64,000 bases of DNA from Laetmonice hystrix (taxonomy: Eukaryota), in assembly GCA_965235115.1 (NCBI GenBank), contig OZ249436.1, positions 4,466,001 to 4,530,000 on the forward strand. Reading direction: 5' to 3'. The stretch's first letter is position 1; each line of letters starts with the position of its first letter. The translations under genes were made by a program, and so were the position numbers. This document shows positions 39,485 through 50,200 of this stretch, piece after piece. Below the pieces are notes generated by a model. That model was not told the DNA's origin. It ran no database searches and was given only the letters and a program-made list of their open reading frames with translations.

Positions 39485-39750
39485 TCTATACAACAGACAA
39501 CACCGGCTTGGAGTCAGAGATCGGAGACATACATGTATCCATGGATACACGCCTATAATAATGGCGCCATTCTATATACACAACAGACAACACCGGCTTG
39601 GAGTCAGAGGTCGGAGACATACATGTATCCATGGAAACACGACTCTGTACTGTAATAATGGCGCCATTCTATATACACAACAGACAACACCGGCTTGGAG
39701 TCAGAGGTCGGAGACATACATGTATCCATGGAAACACGACTCTGTATTAT
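39480..39750 (-). repeat. Three ~90-bp copies of the acceptor plus ATG of the gene D first coding exon
   Basis: gccattctata...caacagacaacaccggcttggagtcaga at 39480, 39566, 39663; the reverse strand reads tatag|A ATG GCG in each. Confidence 0.9.
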
Positions 39751-39964
39751 AATAAAGCCGATCGTATGTGTAAATGAACAACCATGGTGCTATATAGGAG
39801 TCAAGTTGGAGTGGCATGTGCTGCTTTGAGAAAGATATGGTTAGCATAATACCACCGATCTATCTTTCCACTTGTAGCATGAGTTTATGTCGTGTAGCAT
39901 TAAGATCGGTGATCGAGTTGTAATGCAACAAGTTCTACTGCTTTATTGTCGAGGGTGGAACCAG

Positions 39965-40393
39965 TCATGTTCCCACCCATGTTTCCACCCATGTTTCCAC
40001 CCATATTTCCACCCATGTTCCCACCCATGTCCCCACCCATGTTCCCACCCATGTTCCCACCCATGTTCCTATCCGTGACAAAATTAATTGGTACTCGACA
40101 CTCACCTTAATTTGTAATGTCGTGTGTTTTGGAAGTGGCGCTTGTAGCATGAACCTGAGATCGTCCCAATGTTACAAGCGTCGGTTTGTGATTATAGCCT
40201 GAACCTGAGATCGTCCCAATGTTACAAGCGTCGGTTTGTGATTGTAGCCTGAACCTGAGATCGTCCTGGTATCAATGTTACAAGCGTCGGTTTGTGATTG
40301 TAGCCTGAACCTGAGATCGTCCCAATGTTACAAGCGTCGGTTTGTGATTATAGCCTGAACCTGAGATCGTCCCAATGTTACAAGCGTCGGTTT
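39965..40393. repeat. 12-bp (catgttcccacc) and 50-bp tandem repeats flanking a candidate minus-strand donor at 40105
   Basis: 12-mer at 39965-40068; 50-mer gaacctgagatcgtcccaatgttacaagcgtcggtttgtgattatagcct x5 at 40151-40393; AG|GTGAGT between them. Confidence 0.85.
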
Positions 40394-41566
40394 CTCAAGG
40401 AGGTTGTTACAACCATGTACATGTTATCAGTCCTAGCTTTAGGTCACACGGTAACTGTGACGGAAAATCCGGGATAGATCAGGTCAGGAGACTGTGCCTA
40501 GATAAGTAAGATCCGGGACCCACTCCCCTTAATCGGCTCGGTAGGAAAGGCTAGCCATGAAATCTGTCACTCAGATACACATGAGGTGAAACTATCGCCA
40601 CGTGCTCCACACCCTCAAATGTTTACACAATCTCAGTCTGGGATCCAGGATTTTGTAAAGGGGCGGCCACCTAAAATTCGTTTTAGCCTCGCTACGCTCC
40701 GCATGATTTGATTGTGCCTGTATTACACACACGTATAATTGCTATTAACACACGTGTAAATGTTTTATTTTATTCAAATACTTCAAATATAGTCTCAACA
40801 TCCTCATTAAAAAAGAAGGAAAATCTAAGGGGGGACCGGCCCCATGGACCCCCCAGTGAATCTTATGGTATACATAGTCAGCAATGGGGTAAGTCAGATG
40901 GACAGGTCACTCCGAGTTCAAAAGTAATCAGTGATATGTGTTGAGTATATCATGTATACATTGTTATAGATACACCTATGGAAACTTTGGGATGGTGATT
41001 TAAATTGATTGTTAGGAAAAAGACTTGTCACAAACAGATAAACTCTGTCTTGTTTATCATAAATCAAGTGTCATGAAATACGGAATGGAACTCGATGTAA
41101 ATGGTATGCTATCACAAAACACGAGACTTAGATAGCGTCTGATGCCAGGATGTACACGGTCGATATAGATACGCCTACAAACAGGTGGGGAAACCGAGCC
41201 GTACATATTGAATTCTTGACACCTTGCCAAACCCGACGGTCAGCATTCATTTCCATGCCAATCCCTTTGATCGATAGAGTATTTTTGGAAACGCCGATAA
41301 AAACTTCACGCTACACTTACAGGAACCATTGTCCCGTAGCCTGTCATTGACGGTAGAGGGATGTTTAGGTTATTTGTCTCAACAAGATGTGGCTTGGGTG
41401 TCCTAGTTCCATCTATAGCTGGTGCATGGCTGAGTTCCGGGAACGGAGGGGCATGCACGGCCTGCTTGCTGGACTCTCTGACCCTCTCCGGTCGTCGGAA
41501 CACAGATCAGATTATGTTGATGAGGCAGTTCCGTGAACTCAGATCACAAAACGAGGGAGATACTCA

Positions 41567-42335
41567 ACCCTCACTGTAGCATCAGGAGGGCGTGCCAGGA
41601 CAAGGTAAAGTACCATTACCCTCACTCTAACATCAGGAGGGCGTGCCAGACCGAGGTAAAGTACCACTACCCTCACTGTAACATCAGGAGGGCGTGCCAG
41701 GCCGAGGTAAAGTACCACTACCCTCACTGTAACATCAGGAGGGCGTGCCAGGCCGAGGTAAAGTACCACTACCCTCACTGTAGCATCAGGAGGGCGTGCC
41801 AGACCGAGGTAAAGTACCACTACCCTCACTGTAGCATAAGGAGGGCGTGCCAGGCCGAGGTAAAGTACCACTACCCTCACTGTAGCATCAGGAGGGCGTG
41901 CCAGGCCGAGGTAAAGTACCACTACCCTCACTGTAACATCAGGAGGGCGTGCCAGGACGAGGTAAAGTACCACTACCCTCACTGTAGCATAAGGAGGGCG
42001 TGCCAGGCCGAGGTAATTTAAAGTACCACTACCCTCACTGTAGCATAAGGAGGGCGTGCCAGACCGAGGTAAAGTACCACTACCCTCACTGTAGCATCAG
42101 GAGGGCGTGCCAGGCCGAGGTAAAGTACCACTACCCTCACTGTAGCATCAGGAGGGCGTGCCAGACCGAGGTAAAGTACCACTACCCTCACTGTAGCATA
42201 AGGAGGGCGTGCCAGACCGAGGTAAAGTACCACTACCCTCACTGTAACTACAGGAGGGCGTGCCAGGCCGAGGTAAAGTACCACTACCCTCACTGTAACA
42301 TCAGGAGGGCGTGCCAGGCCGAGTTAAAGTACCAT
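41567..42335 (+). repeat. 51-bp minisatellite (~15 copies), nearly every unit containing AG|GTAAAG
   Basis: Unit cctcactgtagcatcaggagggcgtgccaggccgaggtaaagtaccactac. Confidence 0.93.
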
Positions 42336-42685
42336 TCATCTCCATGTAATAGTAAAGGTTTACGATTACCATAGTCAATGAGAACAAAATTTCCATGGTT
42401 GTTATTGGGCCATGCAGATTGGAACTGGGCCATGGATAACTCCCGAGCTGATCTGATATATAGACTGAGTGGGTCAGAGATCATCCCGTTATTTGGAATA
42501 TTTAACATGCTGTCTCTGACACAGGTCTGTAGTTGTGTGTATACAGAAAGTTGCCGCAGTCGGGGAATGATCAGAGGCAACGTCAGCCAACATATGTTCG
42601 TAATCAGATTTTTCATCATCAGATTTTCATAATCTTCAACTGAGGCAGTTAGAACATACGATTCTAGTCGATCTTCCACCCCCAC

Positions 42686-42830
42686 GGCCCGGTTTTTAGT
42701 TCATCATTTTACCAATCTTAAGACTGGTATTTTAAGACTGACTTGTGTTATGGTCTCTCATTGGCTGACTTCATTTGAAGGACCAATAAGAAGCTCTGAA
42801 ACAAGAGTTTAGTCTTAAGTTATTGAATTA
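42686..42830. mobile_element. Truncated copy of the CWG MITE family
   Basis: ggcccggttttttagttcatcattttaccaatcttaagact..., matching 55431 onward. Confidence 0.75.
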
Positions 42831-42935
42831 TTAAAATTAGAATTAATAATTAATAATTCAATTAGTTACATCGATGACGGAATGTAGAAATGTCGAAAAC
42901 CTGCTGAAAGCGACGATCAGAGAGACTGTACTAAT

Positions 42936-43079
42936 CAGTGGCGGATCCAGGGGGATGGGGGTTGTAACCCGCCTCCTTATTAAGTAACGTGTGTGTTATT
43001 TCATCTTTTTTTCTACTTGAAAGGTTCAAACCAAACATATACACCCCCCCTCCTTAGCGCCAACCTGGATCCGCCCCTG
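42936..43079. mobile_element. Small hAT-like MITE with 5-bp TSD
   Basis: ctaat|CAGTGGCGGATCCAGG ... CCTGGATCCGCCCCTG|ctaat. Confidence 0.7.
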
Positions 43080-43168
43080 CTAATTACATCATATCATGCA
43101 AGCTATATTTCCTCTAGGTTTAATGTTTTAATGAGTGACATGCAGGTAAAAGCAGTTACTTTGAACTC

Positions 43169-44233
43169 CTGTATACACACCTGTTAATCGATACTTCTGT
43201 AACCTTTTAGGAGACGTGAAGATGGCGGAGAATGTGGCAAAGATTGCTGTGTTAGCAGCGGTAGTCGCTGTGGCCCTGTATACACACCTGTTAATTGATA
43301 CCTCTGTAACCTTTTAGGAGACGTGAGGATGGCGGAGAATGTGGCAAAGATTGCTGTGTTAGCAGCGGTAGTCGCTGTGGCCCTGTATACACACCTGTTA
43401 ATTGATACCTCTGTAACCTTTTAGGAGACGTGAGGATGGCGGAGAATGTGGCAAAGATTGCTGTGTTAGCAGCGGTAGTCGTTGTGGCCCTGTATACACA
43501 CCTGTTAATCGATACCTCTGTAACCTTTCAGGACGTGAAGATGACGGAGAATGTGGCAAAGATTGCTGTGTTAGCAGCGGTGGTCGTTGTGGCCCTGTAT
43601 ACACACCTGTTAATCGATACCTCTGTAACCTTTCAGGACGTGAAGATGACGGAGAATGTGGCAAAGATTGCTGTGTTAGCAGCGGTGGTCGCTGTGGCCC
43701 TGTATACACACCTGTTAATTGATACCTCTGTAACCTTTTAGGAGACGTGAGGATGGCGGAGAATGTGGCAAAGATTGCTGTGTTAGCAGCGGTGGTCGCT
43801 GTGGCCCTGTATACACACCTGTTAATTGATACCTCTGTAACCTTTCAGGAGACGTGAAGATGGCGGAGAATGTGGCAAAGATTGCTGTGTTAGCAGCGGT
43901 GGTCGCTGTGGCCCTGTATACACACCTGTTAATCGATACCTCTGTAACCTTTCAGGACGTGAAGATGACGGAGAATGTGGCAAAGATTGCTGTGTTAGCA
44001 GCGGTAGTCGTTGTGGCCCTGTATACACACCTGTTAATCGATACCTCTGTAACCTTTCAGGACGTGAAGATGACGGAGAATGTGGCAAAGATTGCTGTGT
44101 TAGCAGCGGTGGTCGCTGTGGCCCTGTATACACACCTGTTAATCGATACTTCTGTAACCTTTCAGGAGACGGGAAGATGACGGAGCATGTGGCAAAGATT
44201 GCTGTGTTAGCAGCGGTAGTCGCTGTGGCCCTG
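43169..44233 (+). repeat. Ten 105/107-bp copies of the acceptor, ATG and first ~19 codons of gene E
   Basis: ATGs at 43222, 43329, 43436, 43541, 43646, 43753, 43860, 43965, 44070, 44177. Confidence 0.95.
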
Positions 44234-47200
44234 CTAACCATCAGCTTGCTCGCTGTGTCTTTAGAAAAACTAAATTCCGATGAAGGTTTGTTACTGAATT
44301 ATTTAATTGCCATAACGACTTTGATATCTTTGTTATCCACAACTGGATGTCAGAGAAACCATATACTATATACTCTGCACTAGGGGATTCAGAGGGGGGG
44401 GGGGCAGGGGACCCGGTCCCCCTTATATTTTCCTTCTTTTTATGAAGATGTTATGACTATATTTGAATAATATATAGTATATGAATAATTAAAAACAATT
44501 AAAAGTGTGTTAATAGCAATTATTTTGTGTGTGTAATACAGGCACAATCAAATCATGCCAAGCATAGCGAGGCTAACATTTTTTGGCTGTGTGTGCCCCT
44601 TCCCCCTTATCAAAATCCTGGACCCCCCCCCCCCCCCCCACACTGCTCTGTTATCTTTCCGCACGGGCAATGATAGATGAACTATTTGTTTGATTTTCAG
44701 TTGCGTTAATGTATGACACAGTCAGTAAAAGTCTGGACGAGAAGCCGCGGTACGAAGGTCTGCACAATGGACCACCCGGCTTCGAGTTCATCGTCTTCCC
44801 GTCAGTCTTCAGGACGTACGAGTTCTCAGCCCTCACGGTAGGCGGCGCTACAATCATCTTATTCACCCTGGCCCAAAAGTCGTATATGAAAGAACTATAG
44901 AAAGATGGCAATTGGTCTAAATATCTCTGTTTATATGTATATGTTTTCTATAGTATAGCACTTTGTTTACTCAAGGTAACGTTGGCACGTACAATTTCTT
45001 GAAGGACAGTGTTCTTCTTGAAAGACAGTCCATAAAGTAGAACACCATTGTATATAATATTGAAAAGGGAAATGATAAATGGAAAAGTAACAGTTTCCCA
45101 TTAATAATCGTGCAGTAATTCTCGAATAAAATCCATGAGTTCAGCCAAGGTGGGTTGGTGCAACTAAATACTGGCGATGGGTCATACCGGAGACAGTCGA
45201 GCTGAGCGTCCGTATCTAGCTCAGGCGGACTTGAATCCAGGTGGAAATTTATGCCAGGAGGGATATAGACGCCCACGTGGTCCTTGTTATAAACTAAGCC
45301 TAACATATAATACACCTAACCACTGGGATTGACATGACCCGTGACGTCAAGCGACAGAGATCGGGGTTATTTGTAAGTCGAGTATTGGGGTGCGTTTAAT
45401 CTACAGTCCACAAACTACATTGTATTTCGTACCATAGGTCGGTATGCTTACAGGTCTGACATAATAAAAACCCGCTCGATGGAAAATTCCCATCGATGAC
45501 TAAAATAGGGACTATAAAGGCGTTGAAAGCGGACTCATTTTAAGGCACTCCCGTTTCTCCTCCCGCTTCGCTGCCCATAGTAATTCATCATTCAGTCGGT
45601 CCAAATATGTAGGCCTGTTGTAGATGCCAACTTGAATTATGTTATTTTTGGCGTAGAAAACGTTTGAAAACCTGGCATCCTTATAGATACCTCAATAAGT
45701 TGTCGTAATGAAGAACGTAGACCGATTCATTATATAAGTGGCCACTCCCGATAACTCACATCGTGGTTTTACGATGGGTTGACTCATCAATGTCAACTAT
45801 TGCCACCAGATGGCAGCACACTTCTGCAGTGCCCGCCGTATCATGGTGTTGTCATGTCGATGTTTGTTCCCGCAGTGTTTGCCCTATCTTGGTGTTGTCA
45901 TGTCGGTGTTTGTGTCCGCAGTGTTTGCCCTATCATGGTGTTGTCATATCGATGTTTGTGTCCGCAGTGTTTGCCCTATCATGGTGGTCTCATATATCGA
46001 TGTTTGTGTCCGCAGTGTTTGCCCTATCATGGTGTTCTCATATATCGATGTTTGTGTCCGCAGTGTTTGCCCTATCATGGTGTTGTCATGTCGATGTTTG
46101 TGTCCGCAGTGTTTGCCCTATCATGGTATTGTCATATATCGATGTTTGTGTCCGCAGTGTTTGCCCTATCATGGTGTTGTCATGTCGATGTTTGTGTCCG
46201 CAGTGTTTGCCCTATCATGGTGTTGTCATGTCGATGTTTGTGTCCGCAGTGTTTGCCCTATCATGGTATTGTCATATATCGATGTTTGTGTCCGCAGTGT
46301 TTGCCCTATCATGGTGGTCTCATATATCGATGTTTGTGTCCGCAGTGTTTGCCCTATCATGGTGTTGTCATATCGATGTTTGTGTCCGCAGTGTTTGCCC
46401 TATCATGGTGTTGTCATATCGATGTTTGTGACCGCAGTGTTTGCCGTATCATGGTGTTGTCATATCAATGTTTGTGTCCGCAGTGTTTGCCCTATCATGG
46501 TGTTGTCATGTCGATGTTTGTGTCCCCAGTGTTTGCCCTATCATGGTGTTGTCATGTCGATGTTTGTGTCCGCAGTGTTTGCTCTATCATGGTGTTGTCA
46601 TGTCGATGTTTGTGTCCGCAGTGTTTGCTCTATCATGGTGTTGTCATATCGATGTTTGTGTCCGCAGTGTTTGCCCTATCATGGTGTTGTCATGTCGATG
46701 TTTGTGTCCGCAGTGTTTGCCCTATCATGGTGTTGTCATATCGATGTTTGTGTCCGCAGTGTTTGCCCTATCATGGTGTTGTCATATCGATGTTTGTGTC
46801 CGCAGTGTTTGCCCTATCATGGTGGTCTCATATATCGATGTTTGTGTCCGCAGTGTTTGCCCTATCATGGTGGTCTCATATATCGATGTTTGTGTCCGCA
46901 GTGTTTGCCCTATCATGGTATTGTCATGTCGATGTTTGTGTCCGCAGTGTTTGCCCTATCATGGTGTTGTCATGTCGATGTTTGTGTCCGCAGTGTTTTC
47001 CCTATCATATGATGTTGTCATATCGATGTTTGTGTCCGCAGTGTTTGCCCTATCATGGTATTGTCATGTCGATGTTTGTGTCCGCAGTGTTTGCCCTATC
47101 ATGGTGTTGTCATATCGATGTTTGTGTCCGCAGTGTTTGCCCTATCATGGTGTTGTCATATCGATGTTTGTGTCCGCAGTGTTTGCCCTATCATGGTGTT

Positions 47201-50200
47201 GTCATGTCTATGTTTGTGTCCGCAGTGTTTGCCCTATCATGGTGTTGTCATATCGATGTTTGTGTCCGCAGTGTTTGCCCTATCATGGTGTTCTCATATA
47301 TCGATGTTTGTGTCCGCAGTGTTTGCCCTATCATGGTGTTGTCATATATCGATGTTTGTGTCCGCAGTGTTTGCCCTATCATGGTGTTGTCATATTGATG
47401 TTTGTGTCCGCAGTGTTTGCCCTATCATGGTGTTGGCATATCGATGTTTGTGTCCGCAGTGTTTGCCCTATCATGGGTTGTCATATCGATGTTTGTGTCC
47501 GCAGTGTTTGCCCTATCATGGTGTTGTCATGTCTATGTTTGTGTCCGCAGTGTTTGCCCTATCATGGTGTTGTCATATCGATGTTTGTGTCCGCAGTGTT
47601 TGCCCTATCATGGTGTTGTCATGTCGATGTTTGTGTCCGCAGTGTTTGCCCTATCATGGTGTTGTCATGTCGATGTTTGTGTCCGCAGTGTTTGCCCTAT
47701 CATGGTGTTGTCATGTCGATGTTTGTGTCCGCAGTGTTTGCCCTATCATGGTGTTGTCATATCGATGTTTGTTTCCTCTATCATGATGTTGTCATGTCGA
47801 TGTTTGTGTCCGCAGTGTTTGCCCTATCATGGTGTTGTCATGTCGATGTTTGTGTCCGCAGTGTTTGCCCTATCATGGTGGTCTCATATATCGATGTTTG
47901 TGTCCGCAGTGTTTGCCCTGTCATGGTGTTGTCATATCGATGTTTGTGTCCGCAGTGTTTGCCCTATCATGGTGTTGTCATATCGATGTTTGTGTCCGCA
48001 GTGTTTGCCCTATCATGGTGTTGTCATATCGATGTTTGTGTCCGCAGTGTTTGCCCTATCATGGTGGTCTCATATATCGATGTTTGTGTCCGCAGTGTTT
48101 GCCCTGTCATGGTGTTGTCATATCGATGTTTGTGTCCGCAGTGTTTGCCCTATCATGGTGTTGTCATATCGATGTTTGTGTCTGCAGTGTTTGCCCTATC
48201 ATGGTGTTGTCATGTCGATGTTTGTGTCCGCAGTGTTTTCCCTATCATGGTGTTGTCATGTCGATGTTTGTGTCCGCAGTGTTTGCCCTATCATGGTGTT
48301 GTCATGTCGATGTTTGTGTCCGCAGTGTTTGCCCTATCATGGTGTTGTCATGTCGATGTTTGTGTCCGCAGTGTTTTCCCTATCATGGTGTTGTCATGTC
48401 GATGTTTGTGTCCGCAGTGTTTGCCCTATCATGGTGTTGTCATGTCGATGTTTGTGTCCGCAGTGTTTGCTCTATCATGGTTTTGTCATGTCGATGTTTG
48501 TGTCTGCAGTGCCCGCCGTATCATGGTGTTGTCACATCGATGTTTGTTTCCTCTATCATGGTGTTGTCATGTCGATGTTTGTTTCTGCAGTGTTTATCCA
48601 ATCATGGTGTTGTCATGTCGATGTTTGTTTCTGCAGTGTTTATCCAATCATGGTGTTGTCATGTCGATGTTTGTGTCCGCAGTGTTTGCCCTATCATGGT
48701 GTTGTCATGTCGATGTTTGTGTCCGCAGTGTTTGCCCTATCATGGTGTTGTCATGTCGATGTTTGTGTCCGCAGTGTTTGCCCTATCATGGTGTTGTCAT
48801 ATCGATGTTTGTGTCCGCAGTGTTTGCCCTATCATGGTGTTCTCATATCGATGTTTGTGTCCGCAGTGTTTGCCCTATCATGGTGTTCTCATATATCGAT
48901 GTTTGTGTCCGCAGTGTTTGCCCTATCATGGTGTTGTCATATATCGATGTTTGTGTCCGCAGTGTTTGCCCTATCATGGTGTTGTCATATTGATGTTTGT
49001 GTCCGCAGTGTTTGCCCTATCATGGTGTTGGCATATCGATGTTTGTGTCCGCAGTGTTTGCCCTATCATGGGTTGTCATATCGATGTTTGTGTCCGCAGT
49101 GTTTGCCCTATCATGGTGTTGTCATGTCTATGTTTGTGTCCGCAGTGTTTGCCCTATCATGGTGTTGTCATATCGATGTTTGTGTCCGCAGTGTTTGCCC
49201 TATCATGGTGTTGTCATGTCGATGTTTGTGTCCGCAGTGTTTGCCCTATCATGGTGTTGTCATGTCGATGTTTGTGTCCGCAGTGTTTGCCCTATCATGG
49301 TGTTGTCATGTCGATGTTTGTGTCCGCAGTGTTTGCCCTATCATGGTGTTGTCATATCGATGTTTGTTTCCTCTATCATGATGTTGTCATGTCGATGTTT
49401 GTGTCCGCAGTGTTTGCCCTATCATGGTGTTGTCATGTCGATGTTTGTGTCCGCAGTGTTTGCCCTATCATGGTGGTCTCATATATCGATGTTTGTGTCC
49501 GCAGTGTTTGCCCTGTCATGGTGTTGTCATATCGATGTTTGTGTCCGCAGTGTTTGCCCTATCATGGTGTTGTCATATCGATGTTTGTGTCCGCAGTGTT
49601 TGCCCTATCATGGTGTTGTCATATCGATGTTTGTGTCCGCAGTGTTTGCCCTATCATGGTGGTCTCATATATCGATGTTTGTGTCCGCAGTGTTTGCCCT
49701 GTCATGGTGTTGTCATATCGATGTTTGTGTCCGCAGTGTTTGCCCTATCATGGTGTTGTCATATCGATGTTTGTGTCTGCAGTGTTTGCCCTATCATGGT
49801 GTTGTCATGTCGATGTTTGTGTCCGCAGTGTTTTCCCTATCATGGTGTTGTCATGTCGATGTTTGTGTCCGCAGTGTTTGCCCTATCATGGTGTTGTCAT
49901 GTCGATGTTTGTGTCCGCAGTGTTTGCCCTATCATGGTGTTGTCATGTCGATGTTTGTGTCCGCAGTGTTTTCCCTATCATGGTGTTGTCATGTCGATGT
50001 TTGTGTCCGCAGTGTTTGCCCTATCATGGTGTTGTCATGTCGATGTTTGTGTCCGCAGTGTTTGCTCTATCATGGTTTTGTCATGTCGATGTTTGTGTCT
50101 GCAGTGCCCGCCGTATCATGGTGTTGTCACATCGATGTTTGTTTCCTCTATCATGGTGTTGTCATGTCGATGTTTGTTTCTGCAGTGTTTATCCAATCAT

